Below are positions 8,510-17,506 of a DNA stretch of 64,000 nucleotides, piece by piece (positions within the stretch are counted from its first letter, which is position 1; each line of letters begins with the position of its first letter). The notes beneath the pieces were generated by a model. That model searched no databases. It was not told the DNA's origin and worked only from the letters and a program-made list of their open reading frames with translations. The stretch is taken from the NCBI GenBank assembly GCA_963769215.1, contig CAVYKX010000004.1:235566-299565 (forward strand), read 5' to 3'. Source of the stretch: Candidatus Sulfomarinibacteraceae bacterium. Its GTDB lineage: Bacteria; Acidobacteriota; Thermoanaerobaculia; Thermoanaerobaculales; Sulfomarinibacteraceae. A program made the position numbers and the translations under genes.

Positions 8510-10120
8510 ATGACCGATCGTCTCCCTCCAGGTAAAGTTCCATGGGATATCGTCGCCGATTTGGTTTCAGGGACGCTGCCTCCTGAGGTGAAGCTCGGAC
8601 CGGCGGCAGGAGAAGACGCCGCTCTGATCGAAATTGGAAACGAGCTGTGGGCTGTCGCATCGGATCCCATCTCGTTCACAGCTATCGACGCCGGCCGCCT
8701 GGCAGTCATCGTCAACGCAAACGACGTGGCCGTTCGTGGTGCGAAGCCGGTGTTCTTCCTCGCCGTCGGTCTCATCGCGCCTGACGAAGCTTCGGGTCTG
8801 CGCGTTCGGGAGCTGTTGAAGCAAGTGCAGGACGCCTGCCGGGAGGTGGGAGCAACCCTGATCGGTGGTCACACTGAAGTCACGCCGGGCCTCCCGCACA
8901 GCATGATCGTGGGCACCATGCTCGGAAGAGTTGAAAACAGACCCTTGACCACCGGAGGCCTGCGCGAGGGAGACCTGGTGGGCATGACGCGGCACGCGGG
9001 TCTCGAAGGAACTGCCATCCTGCTCTCGGAGTATGGAGATCAGATCGAGAAATTGAAAACCGCGCGGGCCACTCCAAACAATAGGGAAGCCATCTCCGAA
9101 ACCAATCTTCTGGTGGTCGACGAGGCCCTTCGCGCCGCCGCCTGCCGCGGCGTCAGCGCCCTGCACGACGTTACCGAAGGCGGAGTCGGCGAAGCCCTCT
9201 ACGAGATGGCCGTCGCATCGGGCCTCGCGATCGAAGTGCAGCGCGGCGATATCCCCGTGCTCGACGAAACGGCCCGTCTGTGCAGTGATCTCGGACTCGA
9301 CCCTCTCGGTCTGATCGGCTCGGGGTCGATCCTTGTCGGTTGTTCCGAGGACGGTCGCGACGAAGTGGAAAGCGTCTTCAGAGCATCCGGAATTCCCTTC
9401 ACGTGGATTGGTCGAGCGGAACGGGCGAGTGGGGCCGCGCAGGCAACACTGCCACGCTTTCCCCGAGACGAACTCCTCAAGACCAAGGCGATGGATGGAA
9501 TCCGGGGCGTCATCTTCGATATGGACGGCACGCTCGTCGATTCGACCTACGACTGGCCCGAAATCCGACAACGCCTCGGCGTCACCGGATCATCCATCAT
9601 CGACGATCTGAACAGCCTTCCTGAGCCCGACCGGACCCGGCGATGGGCTGAGCTCGAGAAAATCGAGACCGCCGCCACGAACTCCGCAGGACTTCACGAG
9701 GGCGCGCTCAGGCTGCTCACATTGTTGGCCGCCAAGGGTCTCGCCACCGCCCTGGTGACCAACAACAACGACACCAACACCAGCCGGCTGCTCGACCGAT
9801 TCGGGCTGCATTTCGACGTCGTCCTCACCCGCGATTCCGGTTTTTGGAAACCATCCGGTGCGCCGATCATCGAGGCGATTCAACGGCTCGGAATCGATCC
9901 CGGCCACTGCCTCGGAGTCGGCGATTCACATTACGACGTCCTTGCCGCACGGGAGGCGCGCCTGGCCGCCGTCTGCGTCCTCCACAACGGTTCGAGCCGT
10001 CACGCCGCCGAAGCGGAGCTCGCGTTCGACGATATTCCGGCGTTCATCAGATACCTGGAGATTGTCCTGCTGAACTGGATGCTGGATGCTGGATTCTGGA
10101 TGCGAAAAAACTGGCCCTAA
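8510..10120 (+). CDS. AIR-synthase-related (PurM/HypE/ThiL superfamily) protein fused to a HAD-family phosphatase domain
   Basis: N-terminal LPPGKVPWDIVADLV...GEDAALIEIGNELWAVASDPISF and GGHTEVTPG match the superfamily. The C-terminal half carries VIFDMDGTLVDS (HAD motif I), LVTNN and GVGDSHYDVLAA. The last 15 codons or so run into a CTGGATG heptamer array. Confidence 0.7.
   Translation: MTDRLPPGKVPWDIVADLVSGTLPPEVKLGPAAGEDAALIEIGNELWAVASDPISFTAIDAGRLAVIVNANDVAVRGAKPVFFLAVGLIAPDEASGLRVRELLKQVQDACREVGATLIGGHTEVTPGLPHSMIVGTMLGRVENRPLTTGGLREGDLVGMTRHAGLEGTAILLSEYGDQIEKLKTARATPNNREAISETNLLVVDEALRAAACRGVSALHDVTEGGVGEALYEMAVASGLAIEVQRGDIPVLDETARLCSDLGLDPLGLIGSGSILVGCSEDGRDEVESVFRASGIPFTWIGRAERASGAAQATLPRFPRDELLKTKAMDGIRGVIFDMDGTLVDSTYDWPEIRQRLGVTGSSIIDDLNSLPEPDRTRRWAELEKIETAATNSAGLHEGALRLLTLLAAKGLATALVTNNNDTNTSRLLDRFGLHFDVVLTRDSGFWKPSGAPIIEAIQRLGIDPGHCLGVGDSHYDVLAAREARLAAVCVLHNGSSRHAAEAELAFDDIPAFIRYLEIVLLNWMLDAGFWMRKNWP
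10075..10103. repeat. CTGGATG heptamer array inside the last codons of CDS 8510..10120
   Basis: CTGGATG CTGGATG CTGGATT CTGGATG C. Confidence 0.75.
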
Positions 10121-10187
10121 CCTGAAATCGCAGTCAAATTACAATTGAAAGCCGCCCAGCCTCAAATTTTGATTAGCCGTGAGCACA

Positions 10188-10306
10188 CTCGGCGGAGGTG
10201 CAATCTTTTGCATTGTCCGGGTCAGAACGTGCAGAACCTGTTCAGCCAGCTGGTCGGTCAATGCTAAAGGTGGCTCCTTAGCGGGAAGCGCGCACCAGAA
10301 CGGAGC
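10188..10306 (+). repeat. Rod-hairpin element, beta subtype, copy 2
   Basis: CGGCGGAGGTGCAATCTTTTGCATTGTCCGG-loop-GGTCGGTCAATGCTAAAGGTGGCTCC...GCGGGAAGCGCGC. It overlaps the 3' end of CDS 10278..11096. Confidence 0.8.
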
Positions 10307-11096
10307 TGATCATTCCTCGGCTGAAGCGATGCGCCGCTCTCAACTCTCCCAGTTTCGCCTGAATGACGCTGACGTTGTCCGGCCCCATTCGCAGAAAATG
10401 ACGCTGCGCGCCGGAGAGCCCCTCGATTTCCTCATCGGCCCACGCATACGTCACGATCAGCTGGTTCACCTGAGCGGAATCCTCGAGAACAGGAACGGCC
10501 AGCAGTTGATCAAAGGCTGCATCGAGGCGGTCGTCAAAGCTCTTGCCCGCGGGAGCGATCTCGGCAAATGCATCATCGATCAGCGGTTTCAGCTCGCGGT
10601 ACAGTGCGACGGTGCCTTCGGTATCGAGAGAAGAAAACACATCCGCCACGATGTCATAGCGTCTGTAGCTCTTCGAGTCGATCACCGCAACTCCGCCACT
10701 CCGCTTTTTAACCGCGAATCCATCCTTCGGACGGAGAAACTCGAGCTGAGATTTTGGGCTGACTCCTGCAGCGATACTGTTGACCGCCGCGGTGAACCGC
10801 CGAATCAAGTCCTCATTGACCAGCCAGGCTGCGAGCTTGGGATTGGACGAGAGACCTTCCGCCAACTCGCGCACGACGGCGTCGGAGGTTTTCAAGGTCG
10901 TGCCGGCGAGCTTCTGCGAGAGACGCTCCTCGAGTGAGGGCGTGGGTGTCGGCGCCGGCAGCGGTGTCGGAGCAACAACATCCTGCACGACTTCCTCTGC
11001 GGCATCCCGCGAGAAAAACCACCACGCGAATATGGCCACCACGATCAGCAGCAAAACAACGAAGACACCGATGATGGTGCGGTTGCTTTCAGACAT
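10278..11096 (-). CDS. Hypothetical N-terminally membrane-anchored protein (possibly DUF3014-like, not verifiable here)
   Basis: Start MSESNRTIIGVFVVLLLIVVAIFAWWFF, followed by a soluble domain. The 3' end overlaps hairpin repeat copy 10188..10306. Confidence 0.55.
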   Translation of the reverse strand: MSESNRTIIGVFVVLLLIVVAIFAWWFFSRDAAEEVVQDVVAPTPLPAPTPTPSLEERLSQKLAGTTLKTSDAVVRELAEGLSSNPKLAAWLVNEDLIRRFTAAVNSIAAGVSPKSQLEFLRPKDGFAVKKRSGGVAVIDSKSYRRYDIVADVFSSLDTEGTVALYRELKPLIDDAFAEIAPAGKSFDDRLDAAFDQLLAVPVLEDSAQVNQLIVTYAWADEEIEGLSGAQRHFLRMGPDNVSVIQAKLGELRAAHRFSRGMISSVLVRASR

Positions 11097-11196
11097 TGGG
11101 AACCTCCGCCTCACAGGATACACTGACGCGCGTTTTCTAATGGAGAGAGACCATGGATGCCACTGGGAGGATTGAACCGACAGGTTGAATTGTCAG

Positions 11197-11299
11197 TTCT
11201 CAATTTTGAATTTTGAATTCCCCCACCCACCCTTGGACCTTTTCGTTACCGGGGGGAGGAAGGGAATTGAGAATTGAGAATCTGAGAATTGAGAATTTT
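11197..11299. repeat. Palindromic composite: TCAATTT-type heptamers, C-box, 18-nt spacer, G-box, GAATTGA heptamers (divergent promoter region)
   Basis: GTTCTCAATTTTGAATTTTGAATTC CCCCACCCACCC TTGGACCTTTTCGTTACC GGGGGGAGGAAGGG AATTGAGAATTGAGAATCTGAGAATTGAGAATTTT. Confidence 0.85.
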
Positions 11300-11351
11300 G
11301 GGTTCGTAACCTTGAACCCAACGAGACCCAATAGGTACACGAGCGACCGAA

Positions 11352-12890
11352 ATGGAGGCTTCGATGATCGACCCGCAACTGAACCTGGCACCAAGCGATC
11401 AGCACAATACGAAACTGGTGGCCAACGTGCATCCGACGGAATGGCGAAACCCGGTCCCCGATGGACGCTACAACCTGGTGGTCCTCGGTGCCGGAACCGC
11501 AGGCCTGGTCGCGGCGGCCGGCGCCGCCGGCCTGGGGGCCAGGGTCGCGCTCATCGAGCGCTCGCTCATGGGCGGCGACTGCCTCAACGTCGGTTGTGTG
11601 CCTTCGAAGGCCGTCATCCGGTCGGGCCACGCGGCACACGACGTGCGCACCGCGAACCGCTTCGGCGTTCACGTGGAGGGCGATGTGAAAATCGATTTTG
11701 CATCAGTGATGGAACGGATGCGACAGATCCGCGCTGACATCTCCCCGCACGACTCCGCCCAGAGGTTCTCCGAGCATTACGGAATCGACATCTACTTCGG
11801 TTCGGCCCGTTTTTCCGGGCCGGATACGGTGACTGTGGGCGATACAACCCTCCGTTTCAGGAAGGCGGTCATCGCAACCGGAGCGCGCGCGGCCGTGCCG
11901 CCGGTTCCGGGACTCGTCGAGGCCGGATTCCTCACCAACCACAACGTCTTCAATCTCACCGAACAACCGCAGAGGATGGCGGTGATCGGGGGCGGGCCGA
12001 TCGGCTGCGAAATGGCCCAGTCCTTTGCGCGGCTTGGCTCCGACGTGACAATCGTCGAAATGGGTGATCACTTTCTGGCCCGGGAAGACCGGGATGCCGC
12101 AGAAATCCTGAGGGCTTCACTCTCAGCCGACGGCGTCGCTCTTCGGTTGTCCACGACGCTCCGCGAGGTTCAGAGCACAGCGGACGGCAAGCTTCTGCTT
12201 CTCGACACTCCCGACGGTGAGCAGCAACTGACGGTCGACGAAGTTCTCGTCGGAGTCGGACGCGTACCGAATGTCGAGGGACTCGATCTCGAGGCCGCTG
12301 GCGTGGCCTCCGATCGCAGCGGCGTCACCGTTGACGACTTCCTGAGAACCAGCAATCCGAGGATATTCGCCTCCGGGGATGTCTGCCTCCCTTACAAGTT
12401 CACACACACGGCTGACGCCACTTCGCGAGCGGTGATCCAGAACGCCCTGTTCCCCGGGCCGAAAAAGCGCGTCAGCAAGCTGGTGATTCCGTGGTGTACC
12501 TACACGGACCCCGAAATCGCGCACGTCGGCCTCTACCCGCACGAGGCGGAAGAGCAGGGTGTCGAGGTCGACACCTGGGAGGTGCAGATGTCGGAGGTGG
12601 ACAGAGCGCTTACCGACGGCGAGACCGTGGGTTTTCTCAAAGTTCACCTCAAGCGCGGCAGCGACACCATCCTCGGCGCCACAATCGTCGCCCGTCACGC
12701 GGGGGAGATGATCTCCGAGATCACGACCGCGATGGCGGCGGGATTCGGACTCGGATCCTTCTCGAACGTCATCCACCCCTACCCCACCCGGGCGGAAGCC
12801 ATCCGAAAGGCCGCGGACGCCTACAACCGCACCAAACTGACGCCAACGGTCGCAGGCTTGATGAAGCGGTGGTTCGCGTGGACACGATAA
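11352..12890 (+). CDS. Class I pyridine nucleotide-disulfide oxidoreductase (mercuric reductase / dihydrolipoyl dehydrogenase family)
   Basis: FAD fold VVLGAGTAGLVAA, redox-active disulfide GGDCLNVGCVPSK, second Rossmann fold AVIGGGPIGCEMA, and a C-terminal dimerisation region. Confidence 0.85.
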   Translation: MEASMIDPQLNLAPSDQHNTKLVANVHPTEWRNPVPDGRYNLVVLGAGTAGLVAAAGAAGLGARVALIERSLMGGDCLNVGCVPSKAVIRSGHAAHDVRTANRFGVHVEGDVKIDFASVMERMRQIRADISPHDSAQRFSEHYGIDIYFGSARFSGPDTVTVGDTTLRFRKAVIATGARAAVPPVPGLVEAGFLTNHNVFNLTEQPQRMAVIGGGPIGCEMAQSFARLGSDVTIVEMGDHFLAREDRDAAEILRASLSADGVALRLSTTLREVQSTADGKLLLLDTPDGEQQLTVDEVLVGVGRVPNVEGLDLEAAGVASDRSGVTVDDFLRTSNPRIFASGDVCLPYKFTHTADATSRAVIQNALFPGPKKRVSKLVIPWCTYTDPEIAHVGLYPHEAEEQGVEVDTWEVQMSEVDRALTDGETVGFLKVHLKRGSDTILGATIVARHAGEMISEITTAMAAGFGLGSFSNVIHPYPTRAEAIRKAADAYNRTKLTPTVAGLMKRWFAWTR

Positions 12891-12896
12891 CGCCCA

Positions 12897-13003
12897 TTCA
12901 AGTTCTCAATTTTGAATTCTCAATTTTGAATTGCCGCCACCCAACCCAGCAGTAACCTGGAGAGGGTGGGTGGAAATTGAGAATCGAAGGAATTGAGAAT
13001 TCG
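12897..13003. repeat. Palindromic composite with the same GAATTGA heptamer flavour (between convergent genes)
   Basis: TTCAAGTTCTCAATTTTGAATTCTCAATTTTGAATTG CCGCCACCCAACCC AGCAGTAACCTGGAGA GGGTGGGTGG AAATTGAGAATCGAAGGAATTGAGAATTCG. Confidence 0.85.
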
Positions 13004-13017
13004 ATCCGCGGGATTCG

Positions 13018-13545
13018 TCAGAATCCTTCGAGCACCGCAGTCACGAGTGCTCCGGAGAAGTCTCTGGAAAGTTCGTCCATCGCGATATTCTGGCGGTCGA
13101 AATAGTTGACCGCCGACGGATCGACGGCATACGAGGTGCGCCGCGAGAATGCCTTGTCCTCCCACAGGACCTCGGGCTCGTCACCACGCACATCACTGAG
13201 CTGCACCAACGCCTGCAGGCTCATCTGATACTCGTTGGCACGCCCCTGTTCGTCGTAGGAAACCGGAATGACCGCCAAACGCTGAATCGTCCCGCTGAGG
13301 ATCACATCCGCGCTGGCGGAATTATCGACCAGACGAAGCCGGCGGCGGCGAACCCATTCCAGGGTCATCGCCTCCATCAACCGCTGGTCCATATCGACCC
13401 ACTTGGTCTCGTTTCTGAAATTCTCCACGTAGAGGGTCTCGATCTCCTCCGGAAGGAATGACGTGGTGCCGACCAGGTGGTAGCCGCAGGCCGAGAGCTC
13501 AACCATCAGCAGGATCAGGACGATGGGACGGAGAATGGTCTTCAC
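13018..13545 (-). CDS. lptE: LptE-like LPS-assembly lipoprotein (GTG start inferred)
   Basis: Lipobox LLMVELSAC followed by GYHLVG (LptE-like CGxHL). About 175 aa. The ORF-track ATG at 13701 would add a non-hydrophobic leader that reads through the repeat region. Confidence 0.55.
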   Translation of the reverse strand: MKTILRPIVLILLMVELSACGYHLVGTTSFLPEEIETLYVENFRNETKWVDMDQRLMEAMTLEWVRRRRLRLVDNSASADVILSGTIQRLAVIPVSYDEQGRANEYQMSLQALVQLSDVRGDEPEVLWEDKAFSRRTSYAVDPSAVNYFDRQNIAMDELSRDFSGALVTAVLEGF

Positions 13546-13567
13546 GGTTGAAAGGTAACACACGTCG

Positions 13568-13613
13568 TTTAAACGTTGAACGTTGGAACGTTGAAACGTT
13601 TCCGCCCGTCCGC
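13568..13613. repeat. AACGTT-type heptamers plus a C-box (G-box then heptamers on the minus strand, upstream of the lptE start)
   Basis: TTTAAACGTTGAACGTTGGAACGTTGAAACGTTT CCGCCCGTCCGCG. Confidence 0.8.
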
Positions 13614-13695
13614 GCAGGCAATCAACAATGGCGGGTACTGCGAGTGCCGAGCGATCTCGATCTCCCATCACGACAAACCGGCGACGCAGTTCGTT

Positions 13696-13751
13696 ACTCA
13701 ACGTTCTAACGTGTAACCTTTGAACGTTTTAACAGTCTTGAGGGGCGGACC
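13696..13751. repeat. AACGTT-type heptamers plus GGGGCGGACC box, just after the rarA stop
   Basis: ACTCAACGTTCTAACGTGTAACCTTTGAACGTTTTAAC AGTCTTGA GGGGCGGACC. Confidence 0.7.
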
Positions 13752-13754
13752 TTT

Positions 13755-15080
13755 CTACTTCCCCTTCTTCCTCCGCAGCGCCCTGATTTCTTCCATCCGC
13801 TCCCGAATCCTCGACTCCCACCCGTACCCGGTGGGGTGGTAGAAACTGGAGCCGATCAGCTCGTCCGGCAGGCATTCGAGGTCGGAGACCGCACCCTTCT
13901 CATCATGGGCATACCGGTAACCCTCGCCGTAGCCCGCCTCCTTCATCAATTTGGTGGGGGCGTTTCGAATCGCCATCGGTATCGCGAGACCCGGCCGCTT
14001 CGCGACCTCGCGTTTGATCTCCCCGTAGGCCTTGTAAAGAGCGTTCGATTTGGCCGCAAGACAGAGATAGACGGCCGCCTGCGCCAAAGCGAGCTCACAC
14101 TCCGGCATGCCGACGTGCTCCACCGTGTGCGCCGCCGCCACCACCTGTTGCAGGGCTCTGGGGTCCGCCATACCGATGTCCTCGGACGCCATTCGCAACA
14201 TCCTGCGCACGACGAAACGCGGGTCCGCCCCACCCTGGAGCATCCGACCGAGCCAGTAGAGGGCCGCATCCACATCGGAGTTTCTGACCGCCTTGTGGAG
14301 GGCCGATATCAGGTTGAAATGTTCTTCGCCGCCTTTGTCGTAGACCGCAACAACGTTCTGAGCCACGCGCTCGACCAATTCGGCATCGATCTTCTGCACG
14401 CCTTCAGATCTCGCCACCGCGACCGCCAGCTCGAGGTGGTTGAGCGCCTGACGCGCATCTCCGGCAGCCACCGTCGCGATCAGCTCGAGCGCCTCGAGTT
14501 CGACCTTGGCGCCGGCACCGCCGAGGCCTCGATCCTGGTCACCCACAGCCTGGCGGAGAATGCCGAGGAGTTGTTCCGGCGACAGCGGATCGAGGATGTA
14601 GACCTTGACGCGCGACAGCAGAGCGCGATTGAGTTCGAAGGACGGATTCTCGGTGGTCGCACCGACCAGCACGATATCGCCGGCCTCAACATAAGGTAGA
14701 AAGGCATCCTGCTGAGCGCGGTTGAAGCGATGGATCTCGTCGACGAACAATACCGTTCGACGACCCTCCAAACGCCGCAGATTCTGTGCCTCGGCCATCA
14801 CGGACCTGGCTTCTTTGACACCGGAGAGGACCGCTGAAAAAGTGACCATCTGCGCGCCCGCCGCGTCGGCGAGAAGACGGGCGATTGTGGTTTTGCCAGA
14901 GCCCGGCGGGCCCCAGAAAATCATCGACGGGATGTCCCCGCGGCTGAGCAACGAGCGGATGACACCACCTTCTCCCACCAACGCATCTTGACCCACGACA
15001 TCGTCGAGATCCCGCGGTCTCATCCGCTCGGCGAGCGGCGCGGTGGAAGGATCATCGGGGAACAGAGTCGGATCAGACAT
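13755..15080 (-). CDS. rarA: Replication-associated recombination protein A (AAA+ ATPase)
   Basis: LAERMRPRDLDDVVGQDALVGEGGVIRSLL, Walker A WGPPGSGKTT, LFVDEIHRFN, and a MgsA C-terminal region (YDKGGEEHFNLISALHKAVRNSD). Confidence 0.9.
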   Translation of the reverse strand: MSDPTLFPDDPSTAPLAERMRPRDLDDVVGQDALVGEGGVIRSLLSRGDIPSMIFWGPPGSGKTTIARLLADAAGAQMVTFSAVLSGVKEARSVMAEAQNLRRLEGRRTVLFVDEIHRFNRAQQDAFLPYVEAGDIVLVGATTENPSFELNRALLSRVKVYILDPLSPEQLLGILRQAVGDQDRGLGGAGAKVELEALELIATVAAGDARQALNHLELAVAVARSEGVQKIDAELVERVAQNVVAVYDKGGEEHFNLISALHKAVRNSDVDAALYWLGRMLQGGADPRFVVRRMLRMASEDIGMADPRALQQVVAAAHTVEHVGMPECELALAQAAVYLCLAAKSNALYKAYGEIKREVAKRPGLAIPMAIRNAPTKLMKEAGYGEGYRYAHDEKGAVSDLECLPDELIGSSFYHPTGYGWESRIRERMEEIRALRRKKGK

Positions 15081-15084
15081 CAGA

Positions 15085-15640
15085 TCACACCGAGAGCGTG
15101 CGAGTCGCGGCGCGCTCCAAATACAGCATCCGCCGAAGTGCCTGCCCGATCGACGCCCCGACGGTCACCGCCCCGTGCATCGAAAGAACGCAGGCCGAGG
15201 CGTCGACGAGAGCCTCAGCAACCGCTTCAGCAAGCTCTCTGCTGCCCTCCCGAAAGTGGGGAACCTCCACGACCCGTCCGAATGCCTCTTCTCCGTCCTC
15301 GAGGCTCCGTCGGTCGGGCAAACGATCCAGGGCCGCGAGTCGAAGCACCGCCGGCGGATGAGCGTGGACGATGGCGTTGACATCAGGACGCCGACGGTAG
15401 ACGCCCGCGTGAAGGCCGGCCTCGGAGGTCGCGCGATCAGGGATTGCGTCACGGTCCAGGGGAAGTTCTATCGAGTTCGGCATTACGAAGCTGTGCGTTG
15501 GCGGCTCCGGTCGCGGTCACGAGACAGTGCGTTGCATCGAGCCGCGCCGAAAGATTGCCCTCGCTGTCACGCACGAGGCCGGCCGCTGCCAAGCGGGCTC
15601 CGGCTGCCACCAACTGGGCGGGAAGATCACCTTCCAGCAT
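15085..15640 (-). pseudogene. Class II aldolase/adducin-family protein, one frameshift near 15470
   Basis: N-terminal MLEGDLPAQLVAAGARLAAAGLVRDSEGNLSAR (frame of ORF 15449..15913) continues in ORF 15085..15483 (VNAIVHAHPPAV...MHGAVTVGASIGQAL). Confidence 0.6.
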
Positions 15641-15935
15641 GGTCGGATGCGCCCGTCCGGGTACTCTTGCACGATTGGCTGCAGTACACCGCACCGCCGG
15701 CGCTTGACAGCGATCTTCCGGCCGGCACAAAGGTGCCGCAGGCCGTGCACTCCACCAACTCCTCGGCCGCTCCCCCGCCGCCGTTTTTCCACTGTTTGCG
15801 GCGGCGGCGGGCCTCAGGCGAGAATCGGCTGTAGCTGTCTGCACCGGGCGCCCGCTCCGACAGCCGACGGCCGATGGAGGCCAGGACCCGCCATACGACG
15901 AGCAGCACGACAACGATAAGCAGGATTCTCTGCAT
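15627..15935 (-). CDS. Small membrane-anchored zinc-ribbon protein (PP0621-like)
   Basis: Internal start MQRILLIVVVLLVVWRVL, then CTACGTFVP...YCSQSC cysteine pairs. 102 aa. Confidence 0.45.
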   Translation of the reverse strand: MQRILLIVVVLLVVWRVLASIGRRLSERAPGADSYSRFSPEARRRRKQWKNGGGGAAEELVECTACGTFVPAGRSLSSAGGAVYCSQSCKSTRTGASDHAGR

Positions 15936-15980
15936 GACGACCTTCCCGCTCGCGCGGAGGAGATGAGTATACGACAACGA

Positions 15981-16095
15981 GAAATTAGGAATTCGGATTT
16001 TGGATTTCAGATTTTTCGAGCCGGCGCCACGGGCGCTCACCTCATGTGGGTGGGCGGGGCAAATCCAAAATCAAAATTCTGAATTCCAAAATCAG
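15981..16095. repeat. GGATTTN heptamers, 27-nt spacer, G-box, AAATCCN heptamers
   Basis: GAAATTAGGAATTCGGATTTTGGATTTCAGATTTTTCG ... GTGGGTGGGCGGGG CAAATCCAAAATCAAAATTCTGAATTCCAAAATCAG. Confidence 0.8.
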
Positions 16096-16102
16096 GGCGG
16101 TG

Positions 16103-16720
16103 TCAGCCGCCGTGGACTTCTTTCTCGAGGCCGGAAAGGTCGGGAATCTGGGAGTTGCTCTTCTTCAACTCCTGAAGCGTCACAAGGGCTTCGGCCGCGG
16201 CGTCGTGCTCGTGGAGGTCGAATTGGTAGACCACAACCTTGTTGTACCAGGCCTGCCAGTGCTCCGGATCGGACGCAATCGCCTGGTCGAGGAGTTCGAT
16301 CGTGCGCTCAGGCTGACCCAGATTTCGGTACACCACGGCGAGATCGGTCACTACACTGGGATCGCCGCCGGAAATCTGGAGCGCCCGTTCGTACCACTCT
16401 CGCGCATCGTCCCAACGACTTGCGTCGAAATAGACATTTCCCATGGCCGTCAACAGACCGGGATCGTCGGGATTCGCGGCGAGCAGACCCTGGATCTCCG
16501 CTACCTGCTGCTGGAGTTGGGGATTCGGCACACCGACTGAACCCTCGACGGGAGGATGCCCCTCGGGCAGGTCTTCACCCTGACCCTGGGCGCCGGGTGC
16601 GCCGAGGCCGAGTCTGAGCGCCTTACCGGGCGGTACCGGCTGGCTTTCAGCTACGACATAGCCGAGAACGAGACCCACCATCAGGCCGATTACGAGTGTG
16701 AACCACGGGTTGCGATACAT
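16103..16720 (-). CDS. Membrane-anchored TPR-repeat protein
   Basis: N-terminal TM segment WFTLVIGLMVGLVLGYVV. TPR-like helices include WDDAREWYERALQI and PERTIELLDQAIASDP. Confidence 0.65.
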   Translation of the reverse strand: MYRNPWFTLVIGLMVGLVLGYVVAESQPVPPGKALRLGLGAPGAQGQGEDLPEGHPPVEGSVGVPNPQLQQQVAEIQGLLAANPDDPGLLTAMGNVYFDASRWDDAREWYERALQISGGDPSVVTDLAVVYRNLGQPERTIELLDQAIASDPEHWQAWYNKVVVYQFDLHEHDAAAEALVTLQELKKSNSQIPDLSGLEKEVHGG

Positions 16721-16798
16721 GCGTCGATTCCTCCATACGAAACCAGGATTGCCCGGTCGGGAACCGGAACAATAACACGTTCCGCGGAATCTTACCCG

Positions 16799-17506
16799 CT
16801 ATTCCCGAACCCGAGTCGCCGTCCAGGTCCCGGCCGACGGAAGGCCGGAGGCAAGCTGTGTGGCTTCCCAGTTGCCCTGGATCCTGGCGTTCGGTCCACG
16901 GCCAATCAGGCGGCCGTAAAAGATCGCGGCAAATCCGATCTGCGAATCGATCCGTTCGAGCCTCACTTTGCCCGCCACCAGGGTGCCCCGGAACGACCCC
17001 GAGAAATCCCCTGACAGCGCATAGGTTCCGGTGACCAGAGTGCCTTGCTGCTGAAGATAGGCCATACCCTCTTGACCGGGCTCCACGACCATTCGCCAGG
17101 TTCCCGTGAGCGGCGCATCCGCGGCGCCGACGTCAGCTGCGAGACGCAGGACCTCGGTGGAAATCGCGGCCAGCATGGTTCGATTTTCCAACATCGAGCG
17201 GCGCAACTCCTGCGCCCTGGAGACATCGGCCAGAAGCTGCATTTCGACCTGGCGCAACCCCTCGTCGCGAAGGCGGAGGCTGTCGACCGACTCACCTTCG
17301 CGCTGCGCCTGCATCAGGCCTCCGGATTGCTGCTCCAAGCGAGCCCACGCCTCCGTGAGGTCAGCTCGCACCTCGACCATGTCCTCTATTTGGCCGGCGA
17401 GAATGATCTCCCGGATCTTGACCTGCTCGAGAAGGCTATCCGCCACCTGAGCGCTTGCAAGTGCCGGCACCGCCAGTACAACCACCAGTAGAATCAGTCG
17501 TTTCAT
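16799..17506 (-). CDS. Hypothetical secreted protein with a coiled-coil N-terminal half
   Basis: Signal peptide MKRLILLVVVLAVPALASAQ. 4-nt overlap with the upstream transporter gene. No family recognised. Confidence 0.55.
   Translation of the reverse strand: MKRLILLVVVLAVPALASAQVADSLLEQVKIREIILAGQIEDMVEVRADLTEAWARLEQQSGGLMQAQREGESVDSLRLRDEGLRQVEMQLLADVSRAQELRRSMLENRTMLAAISTEVLRLAADVGAADAPLTGTWRMVVEPGQEGMAYLQQQGTLVTGTYALSGDFSGSFRGTLVAGKVRLERIDSQIGFAAIFYGRLIGRGPNARIQGNWEATQLASGLPSAGTWTATRVRE

Noticed and set aside
11197-13003. The palindromic composites as bidirectional intrinsic terminators
   Set aside because: There is no U-tract after the GC-rich stem on either strand; the T-rich side precedes the stem. 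One copy lies in a divergent promoter region where no termination is needed.
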